A DNA stretch of 64,000 nucleotides from Microbotryum violaceum (Eukaryota), in contig CDLV01000019.1 of assembly GCA_001244265.2 (NCBI GenBank), positions 496,001-560,000 on the forward strand. Reading direction: 5' to 3'. A model generated the notes under the pieces. The model saw only the letters and a program-made list of their open reading frames with translations, was not told where the DNA came from and did not search any database. Shown in pieces: positions 52,701 to 64,000 of the stretch. The position numbers and the translations under genes are program-made. Within the stretch, counting starts at the first letter, position 1. Each line of letters opens with the position of its first letter.

Positions 52701-54528
52701 AAAGGTACCGCAGCGGCAGGGACATTGGTCGGTCTACCCGTTGCGACCGTCGCGGGGATAGGAGGCGTTGTCGGAGCGGGGTTGGGAGCAGTTGCTTCTC
52801 GATTACCTTTTGGTTCGAATAAGATGGCTGTGACGGGTGCTGCGTTGAGTGCGGCTGCTGCTTCGAATTCTGAAGGACAAGTAGGCCAAGCTTCGTCGGG
52901 GACGATGACGACGACGTTGGATACGACCAGTGCGGCGGATGGGTCCTCGGCTGTGGCAGGTCAACCTCCTCTGATGAGTGGAGTGACGACAACGCCGACA
53001 CCGAGTGCACCTCAAACGAGGGCAAGGTTGTTGGCCCCTGCGGAAGCGACGATGATTCGCGAACGGATCATGAGTGAGATGATGGCGTTAGAAGAAGAAC
53101 GCATGGCCCGAATGAGGGAAGACGGTCGTGCTCGCAGCGGTTGGACGCAAGCCGTTTCCTCATCCGGAAATGGTGGTCTTGAAGACGGAGCTGTCGTCAT
53201 GCGCGCAGTCAACAAAGACGATCCATCCGGTGCGGTCTTTAGAGAATCTTTTGCTGATAAAACGGCGAGGATTCGAGCGGCTTCTCCGTATGGTCATTTG
53301 GCGAATTGGAACGTCATTTCGGTCATTGTCAAGACCGGGGCCGATTTGAGGCAGGAACAATTTGCGATTCAGTTGGTCAAAGAGTTTGGGAGGATTTGGG
53401 CAGAGGAGAAGTGTCCGAGTTGGGTTTGCTAGTGAGTTGCCGACAGGGCATCGGTGTCGCGCCATCAGCAGGGACTGACGGCTGCGCTCTTTGAGCAGCT
53501 TCCGGATATTGGTCACTTCGGAACAGTCGGGTTTGATGGAGACCATCACCGATGCGGTGTCGATCCATTCGATCAAGAAAGACGCGTACACGCGTACGGC
53601 CGCCGACGGGACTCAGGTCTTCACTTCCTTCACGTTATACGACCATTTCATCGATGTGAGTGGTCCGAACGTCATTCGTTGAGCTCACACGTCAAACGAA
53701 AGGAGAAACTGATATGTGGGGGAGTACGGTCCGATTCAACAGACGTATGGTTCCCCGAGCTCGGGCCGGTTCCGTAAAGCCCAGGACGCGTTCGTCAAGA
53801 GTTTGGCGTCGTATTCGGTCATTTGTTATTTGCTCCAACTCAAGGATCGACATAATGGTAATATCCTCGTTGATCGTGATGGGCATCTGATCCGTGAGTC
53901 GCGGCCTTTTGCGTGGCCTCTCGTCGACGAGACGGAGCTGACACTTTGCTTCCTGGAGAGCAGACATCGATTTCGGTTTTCTCCTCTCCAACTCGCCCGG
54001 ATCGCTCGGCTTCGAAATGGCGCCTTTCAAACTGCCGCAGGACTACATCGACATCCTAGGTGGATACGAAAGCGACAAGTTCCTCGAGTTCAAACACCTC
54101 TTCAAGCGCGCGTTCAGAGCCGCTCGTAAACACGCCGAGAGAATCATCACCCTCGTCGAATTGATGCAAAAAGGTAAGAAACGTGGGAAAGCAAAAGTCA
54201 ATGCGAGAGGGCTTCGATGTGGGGACTGACTTGGGGGCGTCGAAATTTTGATATCACCTATAGATTCAAAGCTCGATTGTTTCGCGAATGGCGAGTTGAC
54301 TTCGCAGCAATTGAGGGAGCGGTTCATGCTTTCCCTGACGTCGGCGCAGATCGATGAGTATTCGGAGAAACTCGTCATCAATGCTGCGACGTCCTCGTTC
54401 ACGAGGTTGTATGAGTGAGTTTTTATTTCTTCGAGAGTGTGGGGATGTTTTGGATTGAAATGCTGACTTTTTTTTTGAGAATTTGTTCTTCAAGTTTGTT
54501 CCAAGGATATAGTAACGGGATTTTGTAA
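49770..54528 (+). CDS. PIK1: Phosphatidylinositol 4-kinase III beta
   Basis: [19 protein letters not shown]...[72 protein letters not shown]. Confidence 0.95.
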
Positions 54529-55118
54529 AAGAGGGTAAAGAGGGTGTGTAATGTGGGCAATGCCTACTACTGCAAAGACGTTTTTGGTTTGTTCATCCGA
54601 ATGACGCCGGCTCAGCGTCCTTGATTAGCAAGAACGTGGAGAGAGTGTAAGGGGATGCCTTACAGAACAGCCCCGTAAGTAGTCTCTGAGTAGCTAGAAC
54701 TGTCGAGTTCTAGTTACGACGAGACCAGCACGTGACATGTTCTGTAAAGCCGCGCAAGTACAAACGAATCGCCTGTAACATCCATTGGAAGCTGCCGAGA
54801 AATGGAGCACCTGGCAGTCGTGGCAGGACCCGCAGTGTTCCCGAGCCGAAAAGTGTGAGTTAGCGCCGGACGACGGGCCGGGCTCCCCGGCCGCTTGCTC
54901 CGGGCCGTCGCGATCTGTGTGCCTCAACTGGCTCTTCCCCGCTCGGAACTACTTTTCGTTCCTTTCGCTTCTACTCCGCACTACCGCTTTGATATCTCAT
55001 CGCACCCTTCACCTTTTACTGCCCAAGTGAGTACGAACATGATCGTGTTCTGTGGTTGTCAGATGTTGACCCGTCCTCTCATTCTTTCGCGTTCGTAGAA
55101 AAACTCCACTCTAACAAA

Positions 55119-56719
55119 ATGGTCGCTACTGCCAAGCTTTCGTCCGGTCACACCATCCCTCTCGTAGGGTAAGCTACACTTAACCCATGTACCTCTTCTC
55201 GAGGTTCTCCTACAACCACTCGCGCTTTCCGACCAGCTCCGGAAGAGCCATTCATCCCAGTTCCCCACTTTCGCATGACGTGCTCTGACGCGCTCTGACG
55301 TCGAACCCAACCTTCCCGCTCCATCTTCGTGCCGAACCCCCGCGTGCTCGGCCCCAGCTCTCCGGTTTGGGCGATTTGTGGACTTGATCACTGACAAGAT
55401 GTGAGGGCGTTCTTCTAGTTTCGGTACTTGGCAATCGGCCCCTAGGGAAGTCGAGCGCGCCGTCGAGGAGGCCGTCAAGGCTGGTTACACGTAAGTCGAC
55501 CTCGATCCTCCGCGCGGACGGTCGATGACGAAATCCAGCTGCGAACTGGAATCGGCCCGTGTGGTCGCGTTCACCTGGCTGACATTGTTCGATTTCTTCT
55601 TCCTCCTCTTAAAAGTCACTTGGATCTCGCCAAGATTTACCAGAATCGTGAGCTGCACACATTTCTGGGGAAGTTTGAGCGCAGCTTTTTTCTGACTACG
55701 TGCTCGGACTGTTTCAATTCTTACAGAGGAGGAGGTTGCCCGCGGCATCAAGAGTGCCGGAGTCGCTCGTGAGAAGTTGTTCATCACCTCCAAGCTGTGG
55801 AACTCGAGCCACAAGCCCGAACTCGGTAAGTTGTTGGAGCTGTATCACTTCTCCGTTCGTGTGGTTTTGCTCACCTCTGTACGGCCCCGTTCCTTGTGCC
55901 GCGCAGTCGAGGCCGCTCTTGACAACACGCTCAAGGAACTCGACCTCGAATACCTCGATCTCTACCTCATCCACTGGCCTGTTGCTTTCAAGCCCGCCGT
56001 CTTCGGACCCAATGGTGACCACACCTCAAACCTGTTCCCCAAGGCCAAGAACGGCAAGGAGGAAGTCGAGCTCGACCTCGAGACTTCGTTGGTCGATACG
56101 TGGAAAGCGATGATCAAATTGCTCGACACGGGCAAGGTCAGGACCATTGGTGTTTCCAACTTTTCCATCAAGGCGATCGATACCATCTCCAAGGAGACGG
56201 GCGTGACCCCTGCCGTTCACCAGGTCGAACGACACCCTCTTTTGTTGCAACGTGAGCTCATCGAGCACCACAAGAAGCACAACATCCACCTTACCGCTTA
56301 CAGTCCCCTTGGGTGAGTTTTTATCTACCACCGTACACCCATCTCGAGGCACCTCAACTGATGGTGATGTTGTGGGGGATCTTTACAGCAACAACAACTA
56401 CGGTGAGAAGAAGCTGTTCGAGTACCCGGAAATTATCGCCATCGCCGATAAGATCGGTGCGACCCCCGCCCAAGTCTTGATCGCCTGGGGTCAAGTCGGT
56501 GGTCACAGTGTGCTCCCCAAGAGTGTCACCCCTTCGAGGATCCAATCCAACCTCAAGCAAATCACCTTGACGGAGGAACAGATCGAGCAGATCAACAAAC
56601 TCGGCGAGGAAAAGTACCGTCGCTTCAACGTGCCTTACAAGTACAAGCCCACGTGGGACATCAACACCTTTGACGAGGACGAGGAGAAGAGCGCGACGCA
56701 CCAGGTCAAGATCGTTTGA
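55119..56719 (+). CDS. NADPH-dependent aldo-keto reductase (aldehyde reductase ARI/AKR3B-like)
   Basis: [62 protein letters not shown]; probable 5'UTR intron ~55027-55098. Confidence 0.95.
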
Positions 56720-57156
56720 ATCGGTTGAGAGCGTTCGAAGTTCAATCGGCTTTATTCGTACATTGCGCATTGTCTCTTCTTCCACAATTGAAATATAGCA
56801 AGGTTAACCCAGATTTGGAAGCGAGTGGTGAGCACAGCGAACGGTGCTCGACTTGCCTAACCATCTGCGAAGGAAATCTTCGCAGTCTGGTGCCAGGACG
56901 GAAAGATGTCCACTCTACCTAGCAAAAAAAAAAAAAAAGGCCCGGATCGAAAAACATCAAGCGCTTTGATCGAACTTGGGTCGAGGCGACGAACGCGGAA
57001 GACTTGGCGAGCTGGCGTACGAGGGAAAACGGTGTCTCCACCACGGCACGTAGGACTTTCACGAGTCTTGCTCTACATTCGCAAATACAAGCCCACTCAA
57101 AGCACGCACAACCCAGTCTTCTGGCCAACACTATTATGCATTTTTCTTTACCACAC

Positions 57157-58739
57157 TCACCGCCCCAAAGCAGGGGCTCCCCCACCTCCTCCCATCAGGC
57201 CCGACATCATCGCCGCAAAAGGGTTGCTCGCCTGTTGAGGCGGCTTGATCCCAAAGTACATGATGCCCAACTCTTGCAAACTCTGTAAAAAGCTCGACGG
57301 ACCCCTGATTCAGCAAATTTATCACTTTCACCAAGACTCGACGTTGAATTATTATGGTATAATCCGTCGTGGCTCACCTCCTTGATCTCGGGACTCTTAT
57401 TGAACCACTGTACCTCCTTCTCGTACCTGGCGCACATCTTGACCCAATTACTCTTCCCTCCCCCCTTCACCTCCTTCTTAACTCCCCCATTCGCCCCTCC
57501 GTACTTATCGACGGTCTCCCCCGCGCCAACTTGAATCGTCCTGACGGCCAATTGCAAGAAATTCAACGATTGCAATTTGGTCAGGATCAATTCGTCCCCT
57601 TGTTCGGAAGAGGGTAGGTTCTTCCCCAAAGGTGAAGTAGGCGAAGGGTAAGCTACGGATTTGACCGAGAGATCGGGGTAGGTTTTGAGTGCCGAGGAGA
57701 GGAAATGAGAGAGGAAGGTGCGAGCGGCGAGAATGGCGTGAGATTCGAGGTAGGATAAAGTCGCTCGCGCGGCGTAACGACCTAGTCCGTTGAGGCCGCT
57801 AGGGTCGAGTTGGGACCAGGCGAACATGACTTCGGCCAGCGTGCGGGCAGAGTCTTGGGTCGGGACCAAGAGGAGGTGCAGGGATGCGTTGTGGTAGTTT
57901 TGTTCTGGGGGAGGGACGAGGCAATGTTAGTCGCTGTGGTGTGCCAACGAGGAGAGATACGCTTGATGTACCTTTGTAGAGCAATTGACCGAGATAGAGG
58001 TGGATCTCGGGATCACCCGATGCGGCGACACCAGTTTTAGATGACCAACTGTAGGGAAGAAGTTTTGCTTCAGTACGGTCGACTGCATCTTACACCTACA
58101 GAAGGACATGGCTGACCTGAAGATGTTGTCGGTCAAGGTCTTGCGCCAGGCTCCGGCAGGTCCGGTCAGCGCGATCAATTGCAGCATTTTGGCTGCGGAA
58201 TTCCGAGGGCGTACAAGTGGTCAGTGGTCTGTGCATTATGACTCTTGTGATTGTACCCAAAGGCTATCGGGGGTTTGTTCTAAGTCGCCCGTGCGGCTCC
58301 CTTCATCTGCAACGTGGCGCTCCGAGGGCTGGCACGCGCCTTCTTGAGAACGACTTCACCCCCACCTACTAGCAGTGTTATAGACTCTGAACTCACCTCT
58401 CTCCTCGGGTCCACATCCGACATTCCTGGTCTTGTAAATGTCCAATAGATAGATCGCCAAATCGACCCCACTGCCGATCTGAGCCTGCTCCATCAACTTG
58501 CGACTCGCTTGCCACAACAACTCGCTCGCTTGCTGCGCTTTCGAATCAAAGGGAAGAGGATTGGTCGGGGATGTGGAAGAGACGTTCTTGGATGAGGTTG
58601 CGGGGGTTGCGGTACGACGAGGTGGGGCGAGTAAGCGGGTGGCGCTCGTACGCGCTTTTTGGTGGGCGCCGTAGTAGTCGCCTGCGTCGAGGAGGTCCAA
58701 GAATTGTTGCAAAGACGGGGAGGGGGTGGAGGATGACAT
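57157..58739 (-). CDS. GET4: Golgi-to-ER traffic protein 4 (DUF410)
   Basis: GDYYGAHQKART...RLL, QIGSGVDLA, GDPEIHLYLG, LNFLQLAV, ending LGIMYFGIKPP...NPFAAMMSGLMGGG. Confidence 0.88.
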
Positions 58740-59991
58740 GGTGGGCGATGTGGGGGGAGCTTGGGAGGCCGTGTGTGGGAGAACGAGGCGAAGAGAGCGG
58801 GGTGGATCCTTAGGCCTTATGAGCTCATGAGCGCCAGGCGGTGTCAAATTATTCCTTAGCTTTCGGTTGCTCTGCTCGGTAATGATGAATTGAATCTCCG
58901 AGAGAGGCAAAATTTCCTCGCGTCAGGGATCATGCACTTTTAGTGGAAGGGTCATCCGAGTCGTGTCAGATTTTCTGGGTAGAGAGAAAGTTTTTTTAAA
59001 TTGGCCCGAGCCGATCAAGGCGTGTGCAGTGTCACCGTGCAGCAGGCGAGGCACTGCAGGGCGAGGCCGACCGAAGTGATCGACGGCAACGATCGACAGC
59101 GCGCCACGACGTGTCTTGTGTGTGTGAGAGAACGGTGGCTTTCGCGGCTGCTTGTGCTGCTGCTGTGTACCACCCCTCTGTCTCGTTTGTGCGTTCGTGC
59201 CCTACCCTGTGGGCTCGGGTATCTGTTTCCGATTTTGTTCTGGGTCAGTCTTTCTGCCCTCGGACAACATGAATGAGCTTAGCAACCAACTTCGGTCGTC
59301 GCACGCGACCAAGCGAGCACGCCGAACTCGTCGTTTGCTGCTGGTGCTGGTGCTGGTGCAGCTGCTGGCATGATTTGATATCTTGCAAGTAGTCACACCC
59401 ACGTTAAAAAATTGTCGCTGATGCCCCTCTTTTCTTCCGACCACAGGCCAGCGGTAGTTTGTAGTCGATCCACAAGCTGCTACAACAACTCGCGTCGCGG
59501 ACTCTGAGCTCGCAAGCCAAGTCAGTCCGGTTCGTGCGAGGACGACTCGAGCGCACGAGTGGGCCACGGCGCACCGCCCTGCACCGCCAGCCAGCGCCAG
59601 CCGAGCTAGCCGAGAGCTGCCCGTGAGGCTGCCCAGAGCTGCCAGCGGTTCGGGTTGGTGATTATTCCATTCCGCACGCGCGCATTCGTCAAGAGTCTGT
59701 CGTCGAGTCCCTCTGGCCTCTGGGACGTACCTCTTCAGGGACACCCCATTCGCCTTCTTGGGTAGGATACCCTGTCCTTCGTCAGTGGTCAGTCCTACTC
59801 CCACCTTTAAAGCATCGCGTGAGGAACTTTCTTCTGGCTCGAAAGCGAAAGTGGGGATTTCGCACTCGAGCCACCGAGCACCCATTCGGCATCAGTCGTG
59901 CCACGCCTGTCGTGTCAAGTCCGACTTCACTCACCCTCTCGACCGTCCGCACCTGATTTTCATCACAGACATTCTCCCACGTCAGACAAAG

Positions 59992-62936
59992 ATGACGACC
60001 CTCTCAAGCGATCCACCACCGATACTAGACGATGACGAGGCACCGCCGCCATCGACTACGCCCTCGTTCTCGTTCTCGTCCTCATCGTCATCGTCGGCTC
60101 CCTCCATCGACCCTGCTGCCTCGTCCCTCTTCACCGCGTCGTCAGCATCTTCATCCTCATCAGGTGGTATCCTCTCCGATTCATCCTCAACACCCTCCCA
60201 CGCCGAGATATTCCAGCTCATCGCATCAGGTTCGATGACCGCCCCCTCAACGAACGACCCGAAGCTGTCCCTCCGACCGCAACACGAACGTATACCCATC
60301 GAACTCGATTCCGCGGCCTACGAACAAGCCGTACGGGACGAAGACGTCGCCACGTCCAAAGACGAACCCCATACATTATCAGAATACAAGGCCTTCGAAG
60401 GACCGGTCAGGAGGCTGTCTATTTTCAGGACACTGTTCGATTCGATCCCTATACCCACTTCTCCGCCGACTTCACCTGTTGCTTCGACGTCGACCTTACC
60501 GGATACTTTCGCGCAGGCTACTACCGCTTCGCCTTCTTCTTCTTCTCCTTCCGCGCCTACAGCACTACAACAGGCTGCTGATCAGCACGCGCACGATCGC
60601 AAGACGTACGCGAGGGAGCTGTGGTGCAAGTGCAATGACGTACCGGCGGGTGCATCCCTCAATACCGCCGTCTCTGCATCGACCGTACCAACGGCACCAC
60701 CGCAAGGTGCAGACACTCCTCTCCGAACAGCGTCTACCTCACCAGAGTCGACCAAAACCCCTCGATCCCAACCTTCGGCCCCCATCGCCTCCGCCGCAGC
60801 GCGTTGGACCGCGTTCGAGAAGTACGCCGAAGAAAAGGAGAAAGAATTGTGGAAGGTGTTTGTCGAATTCGATAGCGATCGGGATATGAAACTGCGCGTT
60901 TCCGAGGTCCGACAGGCGTGCAAGAGGGCCGGGTTGGAGATTATGGATGGGACGTTGGATGATTTCATGAAGACCGTTGATAAGGATGGCGATGGGGCCA
61001 TCTCGTTCGCCGAGTGGAGGAATTTCTTGTTGGTGCGTTCGACAACGTGATTCGGCTAAGAATTCGGATGGGTTTACTAACATTTCTGACTTGGTGGTAT
61101 GGTTTGCAGTTATTGCCGAGACCGACTTCGATGCCAGAGATCATGCACTATTATCAGACGCACCGCAAGCATCGACCGTCGATGAGTCGGCTCACGCAGG
61201 ACGGTAATGGTCAGTTCCTACGCGTCATTGCACAGTACCTTGAAGACGTGAGCTGATCTCGATTTCTACTTTTTTTTTTTTTTTTCTTCATCTCCAGTCG
61301 TCATTGGCGGCGGCAAAACAGGCTGGAACCGACTCATGACCAAATCCGCCGCCGCGTCCAAATCCGCCTCCTTGACCTCGCAACAAAAGAAAGCGATGAA
61401 CTCGTCCGCCGCACTGGCGATCCTTCAAGACGCGACGAATTTAAGAAAGAGGGAGACGGAGAATGATGAGAAGAGGTGGGCGAGGGAATGTGTTGAATGC
61501 TGGGCTAGTAAGGTCGGGTCGGTCAAGAAAGGAAAGGCGGTGGACAATGTGGTCCCGCCCAAGACTGCGGTGTCCAAGAATGTCACGACTTCCAGCTCGT
61601 CGGTTGGAGCTGCGGGTGTCAAGGATGGTGCAGTAGCTTCGCGCGTCGTCGATTTGACTGAGAAAATAACGACCCCCTCGGCGGATGGAGCGGCAACGAT
61701 AATATCGACGACCACGGCCGATGCTGGGTCCGCTAGTTCTGCTCATTCGACGTTATCCGTTATTGAAGACGATGTCGACGAGCAAGCCGACGATCTTCAG
61801 CACGGCATGTTTGCTGGCGCGGGCAAGTTCCTGCTTGCGGGTGGATTAGCCGGAGCTGTTTCCCGCACGGCGACGGCCCCCTTTGATCGCCTCAAGGTCT
61901 ACCTCATCACCTCACCTTCCACATTACAACCTGTTACACCGCGCTACACTCCCAGTCTCGGAAGTCCCGAAGCAGCAGCATCATCACGACCGACGAAGAA
62001 AGTCCGACGAGGCAAGGGAAGCATCCCCGCCGCCGTCCGAGCGATCTGGCGCCAAGGTGGAGGTCTCGCAGCGTTCTGGACGGGCAACGGTCTGAACGTG
62101 ATCAAGATCTTCCCCGAATCGGCGATCAAGTTCCTCTCTTACGAATCCGCCAAGCGCGTCTTTGCGCAATACTGGGACCGCGTCCCTGACCAAACGATGA
62201 TATCCAACTCGAGTCGCTTCGTCTCGGGAGGGATAGGTGGTGTTCTCTCCCAATTCGTTATCTACCCTATCGAGACCCTCAAAACGCGCGTCATGTCCTC
62301 TACGGGAGGTGAACATAAAGGCAATGCCTTGATCTTTGAAACCGCGAAAAACATTTGGAAGAAGGGTGGGGTCAAGTTGTACTTCAGGGGATTACCGGCA
62401 GGGTTGATTGGAGTGTTCCCTTATTCGGCGATTGATATGTCGACGTTCGAAGGGATCAAGTTGGCGTATACCAACTGGGCGGAGGAGGAACCGGGCATTC
62501 CGGGAAGTTTGGCCTTTGGCGCGCTAAGTGGGGGCGTGGGCGCGACGAGTGTTTATCCTTTGTAAGTCCTCACGAGAAGACTTTAATTCGCTGCTAGAGC
62601 CCGCGTTTATGGTAGCTCAATCCCCCCTACGTCACGTTCCGTAGAAACCTAGTCCGTACGCGCCTCCAGGCACAAGGCACGCCCGCCCACCCTCAAACCT
62701 ACACCGGCGTCCGCGACGCCGCTCGTAAATGCTACCAACGTGAAGGCTGGCGAGGGTTTTACAAAGGACTCACCCCGACGTTGGTCAAGGTCGTTCCTGC
62801 AGTCGCGATATCGTATGCGGTTTATGATGCGTCCAAGAAGGTGTTGTTTGGGAGGGAGGAGGGGTATCTTGGTGGTGCGAACTCATCGGCATCTTCCGCT
62901 TCGGCGACTAAGGATGAGGATTGCACGGAGGAGTAG
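59992..62936 (+). CDS. SAL1: Ca2+-binding mitochondrial ATP-Mg/Pi carrier (SAL1/SCaMC-like)
   Basis: EF-hands (DSDRDMKLRVSE, DKDGDGAISFAEWRNFLL) plus carrier repeats (AGAVSRTATAPFDRLK, GNGLNVIKIFPESAIKF, YPIETLKTR, YPLNLVRTRLQAQG). Confidence 0.92.
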
Positions 62937-64000
62937 GGGTCGGAAAGGTGCTTGACGCACGCTCTCAAAAACCCATACGACTGTTTCACTTGTGCATCTT
63001 TTTGCGTTTACTTATCTCGTAGTTGGGCGCGCCTTTCAAGAAGCGCCTAGATGGTCTCTTTTTTGTCCTTCCTCCGTTTCGTTTCTTTTCTTTTCCAGTA
63101 TTTTTGTTGTAACACGCTCAAAGCTCGTGAACTCGTCGACTTGGTTCTAGAAACCCCGCGAGAAATGACCGGTCACTGGGAAAAGGAGGATGGGGAAATG
63201 GGCCTGGGGAATAAACACGACTCGAGGGACGTTTTCCTCTCGTGCGAGGGAAGTAGTTGTCTTACCTCGTGCCGAGAAAGGGCCGAAAAGGAAGTTCTGG
63301 TGTAGGTACAAAGTCAAATTACACTGCCTCTAGACGTACCTATTAGGAAGTAGGCTTCAGGCATGAACGCCCTGAGGCTACTGAGGAGGGAAAACGCAGT
63401 TCAAGGGAAGGAACGGACAACATGCCCCAGCTCGTTCGGAACCTCAGATCTTCACCGCTTACATTTGAGTCTGGTGAGATTGAATTAGCCGTGCGCTGTC
63501 GGACCCCCCCCCCCCCCCCCCTCCCCCCCCCCCGCGCTAAACAATTCCGCGGAACCCGAGGAAGCTGCCGGCCGCGGGCGAGGCACCGCACTGCACATTC
63601 TCAGATTTAGCCTATGGTACCCGAAGAGGATACCGCTCGTCTTTATTTTGGTTAAGATGCGGAATGTTCTAGACTGTTAAAAGGCCCTATGTCGTGGGCC
63701 CTTGGAGGGAAGGTGAAACGAAGCGGGGATGGGGATTTCGTTTTTTCACGTGTTTGCTGACGGATTCGTCAGGGACCGTCGATTGCTGCGCGGACGCTAA
63801 CGAAGTTCGACATGACCTGCAACGACGGTGGAGTAAGATGTCGAACTTACTGGGATCTGAGCGTGAAGATCGGCCTCAAAGAATCTACTTGCCGACGATA
63901 AGTGATGTCGGTTTTACATGCGACATCGTTTGGACGGCAATGAAGACCGACCCGATTTTTTTTCATTAACCCTAACCTTGTGTTTAAAAACACTCGCTTT

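Noticed and set aside
63967-63977. TAACCCTAACC telomere-like or telomerase-template-like 11-mer
   Set aside because: Too short, at the window edge, and with no supporting structure visible

Overview
Eukaryotic fungal DNA, most consistent with a basidiomycete yeast or smut relative (Microbotryomycetes-like). This is inferred from dense short GT-AG introns with CTRAC-type branch sites and an aldehyde reductase close to Sporidiobolus ARI. It holds 18 intron-rich genes: importin-13-like (truncated at the window start), ATP17, Nud1/Cdc11-like LRR scaffold, ARF1, HAL-family kinase, CoA-transferase III, CPSF2, an SR/Srp2 splicing factor, V-ATPase c, DCAF7-like WD40, EAF-domain protein, amidase, PriB-like Zn2Cys6 transcription factor, uL22m, PIK1, AKR, GET4 and SAL1-like carrier. 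There is also an accessory block at ~42.9-47.4 kb. Main observations: (1) the accessory block contains three consecutive long inverted repeats, two of them built from diverged paralogous coding fragments with very short loops (candidate hairpin-RNA locus); (2) the SR gene has an alternative 3' splice site that yields an immediate stop codon (candidate autoregulatory poison splicing/NMD); (3) two long introns (ARF1, Zn2Cys6 TF) have 350-425 nt completely free of AG after a far-upstream branch site. All gene models were built by eye and exon boundaries are approximate.
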